Assembly (NCBI RefSeq): GCF_964204645.1
Contig: NC_134028.1
Location: 1,178,001 to 1,242,000, forward strand
DNA length: 64,000 nt
From: Tubulanus polymorphus
Taxonomy: Eukaryota > Animalia > Nemertea
Direction of reading: 5' to 3'
The notes below the pieces were generated by a model. The model did no database searches, was not told where the DNA came from, and saw only the letters and a program-made list of their open reading frames with translations. Position 1 is the stretch's first letter; each line of letters begins with the position of its first letter. The translations under genes and the position numbers were made by a program. Of this stretch, positions 1 through 13,325 are shown one piece after another.

Positions 1-347
1 TCCCAGGGGGTTAAATTTCGTTGACGAATGTCGTGATGACTCAAAACACTGAACGAACGAACGACGATGAAAACAACGAGAGCAGCGAGAGCTGATCGCT
101 CTGATCGCTCGCTCGCTCGGCGCTGCTTCGCGGTATTCTCATCATTCACCGGTTAAAAATGTTCATTCGATTACCATGCCAACTGTCAGTCATCGTTTAC
201 GCAAAAAAGAAGAAATTGTTTAAAAATTGGTCACAAACAAACAACGCTAATCGATAGGTGATTATATTCATCTATAATTTATAATTAATGATATATATGT
301 TAACATTAATATTAAAGAAAACCAAGGCCCCGGGTCAATGAAACTCA

Positions 348-452
348 GGTGCAGTTCCACAGTTCCGAGTTAAGATTTGACTCTTGAGTTAACTCATCGA
401 AAATGAACTAACTTTTACTCAAACTCATAACTCATAACTGTGGAACTGGATC
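348..452. mobile_element. MITE-like element (same family as 60219-60457)
   Basis: Terminal inverted repeat cagttccacagtt...aactgtggaactg. The body is near-identical to the first part of 60219-60457, and CAG follows the right end. Confidence 0.8.
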
Positions 453-801
453 CAGGTATTCAGTAACACCTCAGTGAAGAGGTTGAGACTAGATATTATA
501 GGTTTACAAACTAACTGACTATCTAGGCTCTCATTAGTTATATCTTAATGCTCGCTTATAGCAAATGATTCTAATCTCAAATTCACTTTCCAGATTCATA
601 GGAATATCGAAGGTTTACCGTAAACTAGAGAGATTGTTAGTAAAACTTCAATTTACAGCCAATCATCCCAGAGACAATTCTCCAGGGTAACATAGCTGAA
701 ATTATGTAGATACATTAACGGCTTTTGGCTTAATGCAAGATGACACCGCAAAACAGCCCTGGTGACATGATGAAATATATCATTCAATTGACTTTTAATA
801 G

Positions 802-2120
802 CAGGAATTCACAGGTCCCATACGATACCTTCATCGCTTACCCCCGTGCATAAACAGAATTCACAGGTCCCATACGATACCTTCATCGCTTACCCCCGTG
901 CATAAACAGAATTCACAGGTCCCATACGATACCTTCATCGCTTACCCCCGTGCATAAACAGAATTCACAGGTCCCATACGATACCTTCATCGCTTACCCC
1001 CGTGCATAAACAGAATTCACAGGTCCCATACGATACCTTCATCGCTTACCCCCGTGCATAAACAGAATTCACAGGTCCCATACGATACCTTCATCGCTTA
1101 CCCCCGTGCATAAACAGAATTCACAGGTCCCATACGATACCTTCATCGCTTACCCCCGTGCATAAACAGAATTCACAGGTCCCATACGATACCTTCATCG
1201 CTTACCCCTACCCCGCCCACCCCGTGCATAAACAGAATTCACAGGTCCCATACGATACCTTCATCGCTTACCCCGTGCATCAACAGAATTCACAGGTCCC
1301 ATACGATACCTTCATCACTTACCCCTACCCCGCCCACCCCGTGCATAAACAGAATTCACAGGTCCCATACGATACCTTCATTACTTACCCCTACCCCGTC
1401 CACCCCGTGCATAAACAGAATTCACAGGTCCCTTACGATACCTTCATCACTTACACCCCCCCCCCGTGCATAAACAGAATTCACAGGTCCCATACGATAC
1501 CTTCATCACTTACACCCCCCCCCCCCCGTGCATAAACAGAATTCACAGGTCCCATACGATACCTTCATCACTTACCCCTACCCCGCCCACCCCGTGCATA
1601 AACAGAATTCACAGGTCCCATACGATACCTTCATCACTTACCCCTACCCCGCCCACCCCGTGCATAAACAGAATTCACAGGTCCCATACGTTACCTTCAT
1701 CACTTACCCCCGTGCATAAACAGAATTCACAGGTCCCATACGATACCTTCATCACTTACCCCTGTGCATAAACAGAATTCACAGGTCCCATACGATACCT
1801 TCATCACTTACCCCTACCCCGCCCACCCCGTGCATAAACAGAATTCACAGGTCCCATACGATACCTTCATCGCTTACCCCCGTGCATAAACAGAATTCAC
1901 AGGTCCCATACGATACCTTCATCACTTACCCCCGTGCATAAACAGAATTCACAGGTCCCATACGATACCTTCATCACTTACCCCTACCCCGCCCACCCCG
2001 TGCATAAACAGAATTCACAGGTCCCATACGATACCTTCATCACTTACCCCGTGCATAAACAGAATTCACAGGTCCCATACGATACCTTCATCGCTTAACC
2101 CCCCCCCCCCCAGGAATTCA
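802..2120. repeat. Minisatellite, 52-bp unit with 66-bp C-rich variant, ~23 copies
   Basis: Unit gtgcataaacagaattcacaggtcccatacgataccttcatc(g/a)cttaccccc; the variant ends cccctaccccgcccacccc. The array is flanked by the direct repeat caggaattca. Confidence 0.97.
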
Positions 2121-2161
2121 TTGAACGTAGCACAAAGATTTACACCTGTTGCGTATTCAGT

Positions 2162-2322
2162 GATACAGACTGACCCTGGTTTAGATACCGACTGACCCTT
2201 GTTTAGATACCGACTGACCCTGGTTTAGATACCGACTGACCCTGGTTTAGATACCGACTGACCCTGGTTTAGATACTGACTGACCCTGGTTTAGATACCG
2301 ACTGACCCTGGTTTAGATACCG
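2162..2322. repeat. Minisatellite, 22-bp unit, ~7 copies
   Basis: Tandem unit gataccgactgaccctggttta. Confidence 0.97.
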
Positions 2323-2430
2323 GTATCCACAACTTTGACCTCGAATTACAAGAAAAAAGCTGTTTCAATCAATAACTCCCCACCTCGGCAATATTCCGAT
2401 ATTCAACTTTCAAATGACAACACCACTTAC

Positions 2431-2536
2431 CAGCTGACTTGGAAGAAAACTTGTCCCGATGGGCTGCACATACTGCCAATAGTCGATACCCGAGGTCAAG
2501 GTCATAACCAGGCTGCGCAGCTACGCGACTTACAAC
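2431..2536 (-). CDS. ZMIZ1: ZMIZ1-like, third coding exon ([35 protein letters not shown]); gene continues beyond the left edge
   Basis: 106 nt, phase 0/1, with acceptor tttttatatgtttcag and donor CTG|GTAAGT. Aligns to vertebrate [35 protein letters not shown]. Confidence 0.95.
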
Positions 2537-3450
2537 CTGAAACATATAAAAATTAAAAGTACATCACAATCAATTCTGCAACTCAAAGTCAGTAACTAAA
2601 GTACCAGAAAACAGTGAGCTACAGGGTGCAATTATAAACCTGTTAACATTAACTCATTTCTATGCAGTCAAAATTAGATATAAACTAAGTCAATAACAGT
2701 GATTTCAAAAACATATTGCATCTTACTACAGAGAGGTATCTGGCAACGTCCATAGAAAATCACCGAATAATTAACAAGATATATTTCAACTGTTATAGGG
2801 GTAAGAGTTCCTATTTTAGGGGTAAGAGTTGTCATTATCTAAATAAAAACATAGGGAATGGAGAAGAAAGGGTTAATACTTATATACACTTAACAAATGT
2901 TTCGACATATCATTATTTGAACGTGGAATACTAATATGTCACAACGCCATAACAAATCTACTATCACCTAATACCGTAATTACGGCGTAGCAATACCAGA
3001 GAGAGAGAGAGACGGAGAGAGGAGAGTGTGCGCCGCAAGTCAGCACGTAATCTAATTTTCGATATTGAAGTGTTCAGTCTGCTTGTTCTTCCGTTTGATA
3101 CTAATCAATACAATGACTGTATATGTCTGCGCGATTACAGGATCCAGAGTGCGCTGCGTAACGAAAACCGGATTGTCATCTACGGGAAAATCATCGAATT
3201 CACGACGATCAATTCTATCCTCGCAGAGAGAGGCGCGATTGTGGAAAAAAATAAAATAGATATCTTTGACATCGCGGTCGATTTTCAGATCTATTTAAAT
3301 CAATCGGCGTTAAATGAATATTTCACATAAAACAAAGTCTTCATCAGATTAAGAATTTACTATATGAAAATTAAAAAGAATTAAAAATGATGTTTAGTAT
3401 TGAAATCAAAGACACAAGATTTTGGACTCTGTTAAAAAGACAGTCTGCAG

Positions 3451-3605
3451 GGGCCGGTTCCATAGACAGGGCTTACAACTTACAACCAGTCAAAGACAGA
3501 CTTAGTCTGAACTCATTTTGGTTCTATAATCAATCTAACAACTGAAGACCAGTCTTAAGGTTTAAGATCACTTTTGGTCTTAAGTCTTGACTATGGAACC
3601 GGCCC
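3451..3605. mobile_element. MITE, PIF/Harbinger-like
   Basis: Perfect 15-bp TIR GGGCCGGTTCCATAG / CTATGGAACCGGCCC flanked by a 3-bp direct repeat CAG. 3-bp TWA/CWG duplications are characteristic of Harbinger elements. Confidence 0.85.
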
Positions 3606-4619
3606 CAGGTGTCCTAATGACAACAAAAGTATCATCTCAAACGTATCGACAATGAGCAATTTGAACATCTTTATCCACAAACTTTTAACGATCTACGAAT
3701 CAAGAGACATTTATTGATTGTACGTGAGTTCAGACTCGATCAACTGTTAAATTGATTTTAGAGGTTCAAATACGAGTAATACGAAATAACGACACGACGA
3801 GCGTCAAACGCCTTTGTCTTTTCATTGTAGATACAGAACATCATCATCATCATCGTCGCCATCATCATCATCCTCGGCAGAGTCACATCCGCAATTTCAC
3901 CGACGTAACATAAATCTTATTCAGTACGTCTTAAAGACTGCGCAGCTATTTCTGTGAGTCACAGTGCATTCAATTATCACCGGCGTTATAGTGGAGGCTG
4001 CAGCCCTCGGTGATTGATCAGACGACGACGATGCTTATAAAAATGCATGCGTGCTACATAAACGAGGACCGTGGACGACGTGTAAGAGTAACCGTCCGTC
4101 TGTCCGTCTGAAAACGACTTATCACACAGAAGTAGACAATATTGTTTGTCGCTGCTAAATATGGGTCGTTACTGGTCGATGGTCAACTATCTGAGCCGTC
4201 AGACCCGATACGGTCAATACTCGATGCCACCACCACCACCGCTGAGACCTCCGCACTGGTTATATATCGTGCATATAAAACAGTTGATTTATTCATATTT
4301 CTTCTTGTTTATAGATCCATGATTCACAACGAACTGTGTTATAATGGAAACATCGAAGTCGATACGAGGAACTGACCAGTCGTTGATTAGTAACGGATCA
4401 TAGGAAATATCTGACTCAATCATTATAGTTTATATGAATGATTTGAACCCTAACTCTCGGCTTGGAGCAAATTTTGGTTCAATAACTATTCTAACTGATA
4501 AGTACATAATGAACGGGTTTAGAAATCATAAAGATGTCGTCGCAGTAAATCATTGAAAAATATTATACCTCATACATCCACAGACGATGTCAATTGACTC
4601 TTCGACCAAAAATGGTGTT

Positions 4620-5068
4620 AGAGGGCGTTAGTAGTCGAACGAGAGGGCTTTAGTAGTCGAATGAGAGGGCGTTAGTAGTCGAACGAGAGGGCTTTAGTAG
4701 TCGAATGAGAGGGCGTTAGTAGTCGAACGAGAGGGCGTTAGTAGTCGAATGAGAGGGCGTTAGTAGTCGAATGAGAGGGCATTAGTAGTCGAACGAGAGG
4801 GCGTTAGTAGTCGAACGAGAGGGCGTTAGTAGTCGAACGAGAGGGCGTTAGTAGTCGAACGAGAGGGCGTTAGTAGTCGAACGAGAGGGCGTTAGTAGTC
4901 GAATGAGAGGGCGTTAGTAGTCGAACGAGAGGGCGTTAGTAGTCGAATGAGAGGGCGTTAGTAGTCGAATGAGAGGGCATTAGTAGTCGAACGAGAGGGC
5001 GTTAGTAGTCGAACGAGAGGGCGTTAGTAGTCGAACGAGAGGGCGTTAGTAGTCGAACGAGAGGGCGT
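4620..5068. repeat. Minisatellite, 22-bp unit, ~20 copies
   Basis: Tandem unit gagagggcgttagtagtcgaa(c/t). Confidence 0.97.
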
Positions 5069-6136
5069 AAGTCGTTGAGAAGGAAATTAACGACATTCAA
5101 CGATAACCGATGACGAATCAAGTGGCAAACAATGTATCGATATTGCAGTAATCTGTTGAGAGGTCGACGACGGTCGGGATGAAAAGAGCGTTCAACTGTA
5201 CCGTCAATTGATCACCCGGCAGCAGGTCCTCAGATGACACCTTGCATATCTTATAAAGCGTGGATGTTTGTCTGCCAGCAGTCATGTTGTTGTTAGTCAA
5301 TGTTTTCGTAACCATTTCTGACCATTAAGTTGTACGAGCGCCGTATAAATGTTTAACAGAAGAGTAAGAAAACGAGACTCGAGTAGAAATAGAGACGGCG
5401 AGCTAGAAATTGGACGCAGAACTTGAAACCAGACAGACAGTCGAGCCGATTAGCTTATAATTACCAGATCCGGTTTGCCTTATAAAAAAACAACCACAGA
5501 GCTCATTGCGGCTGTAATCTTCTATCAGTTTTTTGCACCGGTCAAGTTCAGGAACGTCGATGGCCAGTTTGTGAAAAATCTATCGGCAAAAAGCGATAAA
5601 ACAGCAACAGATGATAAAACGTTTATCGATGGGAAAGATCAATTTCTGCCGATGACCAAATCAGTATAATATCACAGTCGATATAGTATTGATGGTGAAT
5701 ATGCGACCATCAGCGTGTGATCGCATTATCCCGATAAGTAGCCTCTGTCCTCTACTCAGTCGACGTGCTGTAACTGAGATTAGGAATATGACAAGACGAA
5801 TATGTCACTGTTATCATCATCAGTGAATAATACATGGAAAAAATACATACATACATATATTATTAAGATATTCACGACCTGAGTTTCACAGTCGTCACTT
5901 AATATAATTCTATGATTTTGTTCCATTTTGGATGCAATAAATCTGTACTAAATACCCGAGAAAAAAATTTGAACCAAGAACTGTTGAACCGGACTGAATT
6001 AAAGTTTTCCACGAGTTACATTGATTTCAACTCACTTCAGATGAATGTTATAAATTCAGGACACTCGAACGTCGGTCGTCTTCTGTGACCGCGTTTCGAG
6101 TCAACGAAAGCAAATCAAGCGTTATCAAGTACTTAC

Positions 6137-6250
6137 CGTTAAGCAGGAGATGAGAGTTTCTTCGAATGGTTTCTGGAAAGCTCGTGCGTCTGAACACCAT
6201 TCAAGAAGTTCGCGGGCAGCGTTCTGAAATCCGTGGGGAGTGGCCAAATG
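6137..6250 (-). CDS. ZMIZ1: ZMIZ1-like, second coding exon ([38 protein letters not shown])
   Basis: 114 nt, phase 0/0, with acceptor tctatttcag and donor ACG|GTAAGT. Aligns to vertebrate [38 protein letters not shown]. Confidence 0.95.
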
Positions 6251-7243
6251 CTGAAATAGATAAAATAGCTATGAAAATGTTGCTTAGCGAATAAAAAAAG
6301 AATGAATTACTCCTCGTAACTGTTTGCTGAATGTTTCAGTGAGATTTTTTACATTATTCACTTGTAAAAACCGAAACCCATTCCGGCAAATTATGAATAA
6401 TTTATCATTCTCGATGTATTGTTTTTTTCATCAATTTTTCTTGTGGCAACAACAAGCAGCCGCTATATAACAATCTGTTTATTAATAACCCTTTACGTTT
6501 CTACTCAACGCATAATAGACAGAAAATCATGCCACTTTGCTGCACTTACTGCGTCTAGTAATTAACATGATTGTACATCACCGCCCTCTGTCAACATGAC
6601 CGGACACTAAATACGTACCGCGCCGTGTAATGAATGTACAATTGATTCGAACGAACTGATTGAAACATGTCGTTACAACGGCTTATCAATTCAAATTCTT
6701 AACATTCAATTTCTCAGAATTCTTTGATGAAGAAAGGGAGATAAAGTAAGAAGATTAATAAGATATCAAATCAACACAACATAAAGAGAACATTTTGGGC
6801 AAATATTCTCCTGATATTGCGTTGTCACTTCAAAGATATTTATTGGCCTTAATTATTCCCTCGCTAGTTCAGGCTGGATGGATGATTGCTTACACAAATC
6901 CGGAACCCAAATTTTCAATTTGTACAGAAGAATTTTGTAAATTCGGCCGCCGATCGCAGAACTATATCTGTACTTCCAATCAAATGTATTGTTTCATTCA
7001 TGGCAGGTGAAAAGGGGTTATAATTTAGAAATATCTATTTATTACACTATAACATTAAACTGACTTGGATAATGTTCTAAGATTGAGATTTCATTCACTT
7101 TTTTATATACTTCGATTTGTTATTGATATTAGATGAATTACAGAATGACAACCGACAGAAATACTCATGTTGTCACTTATCGAATTACATGAGTTAGCCA
7201 TAAGGGAAAGGAGAGAGGGAGAGAGGGGGAGAGGGAGAGAGGG

Positions 7244-7282
<39 letters not shown>

Positions 7283-8206
7283 ACTGATAGAAACGAACAC
7301 TGCGTCAAGTATAAAACGACAGCGGCGACATCAGTATATCGATTTCAAACAGACACCTTACTGATGAAACACTGCTTGTTCTATCGACCGATCTGTCGAC
7401 CAGTTACCGGTTGCTCGCACATTCTCCAAATGAAATAATGACTCTTAGAAATTCATCCAGAAAAGCGAATCGATGATGTCTCGATGAAAATAATCCTCAG
7501 AAAGTAAAAACCTCTGTTTGTCAAGCGGGTTCAGATGGCGTTTACCAATATTGAGAATTGCAAAAATCTTAGCTGCGTTTAAGAATTTATAAAATATCCC
7601 GTTTTATGAGGGGCCGATGATACATCTTCGAATGGTATCAATTGTGTAATGATGAATAAATGACATGGATTCACTCCGGGTCTCGTTACATATAAGGTAG
7701 GATATAGTAGATCAATAGAACTAGTCCAACTGGTCAGTGATTATACAGATCTATGGTCACAGGTCATCTAAAGACAGACTTAACTTCATCAGTCGCGTAT
7801 ATTTAAATTCTTAATAGTTTTCAACGCGAAAAATCATCAGTAAAACATAGAAAAATCAATAAATGACGATGATTTGAACAAACATTCGGTTTTGACGTCA
7901 TTTTCAGGAAATTTCTGGTTTTTCTTTGCGATGAAAATCTCATTCATTAAACAACAACAACAACAACGAGGTTTTTCAATCGTTGATCATAATTTTCAAT
8001 ACGATTTTTTTTGCGCTGAAAGATTTTGACGTTTTGTCTGTCGATGACGATGCTGATGACGATGACGACCATGTGCGTGAATTCCCACAGTTTTCACGGT
8101 ACATTCTACTCATCGAAGCCGAATTAATACTTAATGAGATTTATTAAGATCGCTTGTAATAAATCAAAACAGGCTATAATTTGTACAATGGCGGGAACAG
8201 CAATAA

Positions 8207-8880
8207 CCCTCTCCCTCCATACCTCCCTCCCCTCTCCCTCCATACCTCCCTCCCCTCTCCCTCCATACCTCCCTCCCCTCTCCCTCCATACCTCCCTCCC
8301 CTCTCCCTCCATACCTCCCTCCCCTCTCCCTCCATACCTCCCTCCCCTCTCCCTCCATACCTCCCACCCCTCTCCCTCCATACCTCCCTCCCCTCTCCCT
8401 CCATACCTCCCGCCCCTCTCCCTCCATACCTCCCTCCCCTCTCCCTCCATACCTCCCTCCCCTCTCCCTCAATACCTCCCTCCCCTCTCCCTCCATACCT
8501 CCCACCCCTCTCCCTCCATACCTCCCGCCCCTCTCCCTCCATACCTCCCTCCCCTCTCCCTCCATACCTCCCCCTCTCCCTCCCCCTCCATACCTCCCCC
8601 TCTCCCTCCCCCTCCATACCACCTCCCCCTCTCCCTCCATACCACCTCCCCCTCTCCCTCCATACCTCCCTCCCCCTTTCCCTCCATACCTCCCTGCCCT
8701 CTCCCTCCATACCACCTCCCCCTCTCCCTCCATACCTCCCTCCCCCTCTCCATCCATACCTCCCTCCCCCTCTCCATCCATACCTCCCTCCATACCACCT
8801 CCCCCTCTCCCTCCCTCCCCTCTCCATCCATACCTCCCTCCCCTCTCCATCCATACCTCCCTCCCCTCACCTCCCCCCGT
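8207..8880. repeat. Pyrimidine-rich minisatellite, ~23-bp unit
   Basis: Unit cctctccctccatacctccctcc, degenerating rightwards. It is the source of the Pro-rich and Gly/Glu/Arg-rich ORFs in the track. Confidence 0.95.
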
Positions 8881-9310
8881 TCTACCCTCTACCATCAAAA
8901 CGTAATGAACTCATAGAACATCTTCCCATAAACCTCACAGAACGTCTTCAGATGCTAAACACCTTTAGATACCTGTGCGTAATTAATTAGTCACTAGTCA
9001 CTTTGATTAGTCATCTCTAATTCATAAATCATGAAATTAACTAAATAACTGTCAACGCGTCTTGTTCTGATGTGAGTTTTAGATTTCGATGTCCAGCAGG
9101 CATCATCGTGATAAGCATATTGTTCTACAGGGTATCGATACAGAGATCAAGGCTTCCACTGATCAAACATTCAATAGTAAAAATTTAACCGTTTTAACAG
9201 TTTCAATGAGACGATAAAAATATCAGTGAGATTCAATTACGGGTTATTAGCCTATGACTAGACAGAAAAAAATTCAAATTTAGCTTACATATAGATATCG
9301 ATATACCTAC

Positions 9311-9370
9311 CTGCTTTATACATAGAAGTCTATCATTAGTTTGTTGGATATGTCGATCCATATCATTCAT
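9311..9370 (-). CDS. ZMIZ1: Zinc finger MIZ domain-containing protein (ZMIZ1-like), first coding exon ([20 protein letters not shown])
   Basis: Minus-strand translation matches, from memory, the vertebrate ZMIZ1 N-terminus ([20 protein letters not shown]). Start context is GCCACC-ATG. Donor is CAG|GTAGGT at 9310 (phase 0). Acceptor tctttcag puts the exon start at 9432, so 9432-9371 is 5' UTR. Confidence 0.95.
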
Positions 9371-10939
9371 GGTGGCTGCATTAGGGCTACCTATCAGCCA
9401 GACTCGCTGGAGAGTTACATAAGATCAAAATTCTGAAAGATACAAACAGCGAAATTCTATGAAAATACAGATTTAATCGGGGTACATTACGCTAGGTTAA
9501 AAGAAAGCATTATCATAAAGGCATCGAGTACAGAATATATTAATTTCAATTCCGTGAAGTGAAAGTAGATAAATTTAGAACATTAAAAACATGATCTACT
9601 TTGCAGCAATAAAATCTTTTGTAACGTTCGTTCGTGACGAGTGTGTGTCAGTACAGACAAACAATCATCGCTCTATTATTCAACAATTTATAGGAATTAA
9701 ACCGACACAAAGTGTAGTTTGTGACCTTATAAATACAGCTCCCTCAACTCACCCCATAATCCCCCCTCCCCCTGACTCTATCCCAAATCTGTACTAAACA
9801 TTGGCGTTTATTACGCAATTAAAAATGAACAGCCGTTAAGATTAGTGGTTGATAAAAAATTGCAATGAAAGATTTGATTTTCTTGCGTTACCCGACGGAG
9901 AAGAGTCAATATGCACAGTTAATATGAATTCATTAGTTTTGACGGTGATTAGGTCCGATTTAAGTAAACACAGTCGGCACGGAAGACTTTATTAATTTCC
10001 TCAGCTGAGACTCTCATAAACCGAGAAAGTGGATGCTGATTACTGGGTATATTTTGTCAATAATCAATACACGGATAATGACAAATTCCCAGGTATATGA
10101 CCTCAAACCAAAATACTACATTCACTGTCTCAACTTATTGCTGTTATAGTGAAAATTCTCTGATCTAGTTATCATAGATCGATAGTTTTGGAGACAAACG
10201 AAGAGAACACTTGTTTTCAGTTATAGATAGTTTCCCGAGTCCATGCCCTAATAGAGTGATATTGATGCACCACTCGAGCTAAGAAGACACCAGAAGGTTT
10301 CATGGATAATTTCATGATGCAAGTTTTTTTTCACTTTCTGCACGTGTATCAAACACAAGGACTATCCTGTTAGAAATATTCAAACAAATTATGATCTATT
10401 CAAATGTAAATACCCTCTCACTTTCAGGTTTAGGACGGGTTTAGTAAGGTCGGGTTAAATGACTCTATCCTCAATAGACGCCTTCATCTACTTAATAGGA
10501 TAAATCAATTAAGCTACTACTGACTGAAATACACATTTGAAAATGCAACAAGCTTCAGAGGGGGGTGGGTATAATGTGACAGTCAATGATAGATTTACAC
10601 GTCTATGACATTTAAGAGGGATACAACGAAGCTTCTCTCCACACACAACATCGCCGGTTATATTCATTCAATTCATTTATAAATAACTAACAATCCTCAG
10701 TCACACATAAACACGTGTGTGTGTGTAACCTGTCGCTGATCACAGCATCTTTCAGATATATCAAATATATGCTAATATCAATGAGTGAACATCAATCACT
10801 TTCTCGCTATTGTTTAAAATATCATCCACGTAATGATCTTTTTTAAACGTGCCGCTTAATTATGACAATGATTAATTAGATCGTAAATGATTAATGATGA
10901 TCTATCGATTGTGTGTAAAATATTTTAAAAACAGGACTA

Positions 10940-11263
10940 GCCACGTTCACACTACTGATGACTACTGATGTTCATCCATTCTCATTTGGCCCGGACCTGG
11001 AATGGACCGATTTAGAACGGACCACATCGATTGTTTTTTTTTTAAATCAGCTGTTATTACTGGTCCGGCTACTGGCAACACTGCGAATGACAGGCAAAGT
11101 TTCTATTCATATATAAAGAAATGGTCCATCCTTAACTAGAGAACGTACTGTTCAAAATAGAACTGACTAGTGCGAAACGCTTGAACGGACTAGTGCGAAC
11201 GCTTGAACGGACTAGTGCGAACACATGGTCTATTCTAAATTAGAAGAACGTAGTATGAACGCA
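10940..11263. mobile_element. Degraded MITE-like element
   Basis: Ends cgttcacactac ... gtagtatgaacg are inverted repeats. It has an internal ~22-bp tandem (gactagtgcgaacgcttgaacg) at 11165-11222. Confidence 0.55.
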
Positions 11264-11786
11264 AAATGGTTTATGAATTCATTTAACTTCACTGCGATAA
11301 TCAATAGATCTATGCTTTCAACTACACCTTCCAGCAGTTTTATTAATTTCCTCACTGGAGACATTTAGTTCGTGCGAACAAACATTCGATGAAATTCATA
11401 CGCGCTCAAAATTAACAGCATTTATTCTTCAAAATGCATTCATCTCATATGAGAGTAAAACAAACAGCTATAGCACTAAATAACAGAAGTGATCAGTTAT
11501 TATTTCATAGCCAATGATGACGACGAGATGGAAGCAAAGTTCGGTATAAATCTAACGAAACCCTAGACACTAAACGAGTCATCAAAATCACAGATTTACA
11601 GTCAGTTTTGATAGATTTACAGCAGGTATTATCAGTGCAGTCTGAGCTGACGTTCGTTCGCTGGTCCGAGTTGTTTATTATTCGAATCAGGTAACATCAA
11701 CGATCTGTGCAAATATACTGTTCACCTTCTTCTTCTACACGACACATAAATTCATCCTCCTCATCTTTTTGTCATCGCCACAACTG

Positions 11787-12195
11787 CTGCTGTACCTCAG
11801 CCGCCTCGCGCTGTACCTCAGCAGCCTCGCGCTGTACCTCAGCTGCCTCACGCTGTTCCTCAGTTGCCTCGCTCTGTACCTCAGCTGCCTCACGCTGTTC
11901 CTCAGTTGCCTCGCTCTGTACCTCAGCTGCCTCGCTCTGTACCTCAGCTGCCTCACGCTGTTACTCAGTTGCCTCGCGCTGTACCTCAGCTGCCTCAAGC
12001 TGTTCCTCAGTTGCCTCGCGCTGTACCTCAGCAGCCTCACATTGTACTTCAGCCTCGCTCTGTACCTCAGCTGCCTCACATTGTACTTCAGCCTCGCTCT
12101 GTACCTCAGTCGCCTCGCTCTGTACCTCAGCAGCCTCACATTGTACTTCAGCCTCGCTCTGTACCTCAGCTGCCTCACGTTGTACCTCAGCCTCA
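11787..12195. repeat. Minisatellite, 21-bp unit with 18-bp variant (39-bp dimer in right half)
   Basis: Unit ctgtacctcagctgcctc(g/a)c(g/t), then alternating ttgtacttcagcctcgct and ctgtacctcagcagcctcaca. Confidence 0.93.
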
Positions 12196-13149
12196 TTAAA
12201 CGATGCAACAGATAATAGAATATTTATCGGTAGCAAACGGAGATTTAGTTTTGGTGTCACTGCATCAATTTCAGTTTGTTAAACATAGGAAATGTTATAA
12301 TAAAACTTGTTGCTAATAGTTATACATAATATTCAATAGTTGTAGTCTTCCATTTTATGCTTTAGTTAAAGATTTAAAAGAATATCTAACTCATTGAAAA
12401 ATGAATGTTTCCTTTGTTTCACGCATCAATTCAATACAAGAATGTAATGTTAGATTTTTTCTGTTCTCTTCTGAGTCAAATATTCTTTAAAATCTTTAAC
12501 CAAAGCGTTAAAATACCTTTGATTCAATTTGTTGTTGTTGTTATTTTCTCAAATAATGATAATGATGTAACAGTTGTGGGATAGTGACCTATAGATAAAT
12601 CAAAGATTCCATCACTTATTCAACGTTTATCTACATAAGACTCCACGAGAAAAAGGACAAGCCTATTTACCGGGTGATTATACCGGGAATCTTAGGAGCT
12701 GTTCGCGTTCACGCCATCCACGCAGGAGGCTGTGTCTGTGTGTCTATTTACCGAGCAAATCTTTCCAAAATGGATCCGCGATGAAATAAGCAATTACGTC
12801 GGCGTATAACCACGCTGCCGAGTCACTTGGGGGAAATGATACTGAAAAACATCGCAAATAGTCATTTAATATTCCGACCATGGGAAATACAGCGCACAGA
12901 AACGAATCACCATATAAAAACAACATTCAGTTATTCAAACTCAGGGTGTCATGTTGTTTTCAGACATCGAAACGGAGAAAGGTATAATAATAACAACATC
13001 AGACATCAGGCAGTATGTCTTGTCGCTAATCATTCCTCCCAGACAGAAGCTGCTAAAGTTCAGGTCGAAATTAGCCGAAGCTCTTCTAAATATGGCTGGG
13101 ACGCATTACTAATTAGTTTGTTGCGTTGATCAGTTGTTTTTCAAAGAAA

Positions 13150-13325
13150 AACTAGTCATTGTCTGTTGTTGTTTTGCTGGTTGCTGGTTTAATTTAGTGG
13201 ATTGTTGTTTGGTTTGCTGGTTTTTTTTGGTTGGATTGTTGTTTGGTTTGCTGGTTTTTTTTGGTTGGATTGTTGTTTGGTTGGTTGGTTATTTAGTCGT
13301 TTGGTTGGATTGTCGGGTTGATTTT
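13150..13325. repeat. Degenerate GT-rich simple repeat
   Basis: Repeated ttggttggattgttgtttggtttgctgg motifs. Confidence 0.8.

Noticed and set aside
802-2120. CRISPR-like look (constant 47-bp part plus variable insert)
   Set aside because: The inserts are C-runs or one recurring 19-mer, not unique spacers. There are no cas genes and the context is eukaryotic.
8124-8990. Pro-rich (extensin-like) and Gly/Glu/Arg-rich ORFs on both strands
   Set aside because: Artefact of a low-complexity ~23-bp repeat lying in the intron between two confident ZMIZ1 exons.
11707-12282. Cys/Ser/Ala-rich 191-aa ORF (antifreeze- or metallothionein-like look) and coiled-coil-like antisense ORF
   Set aside because: A 21/18-bp repeat is open in nearly every frame, and there are no flanking coding signals.
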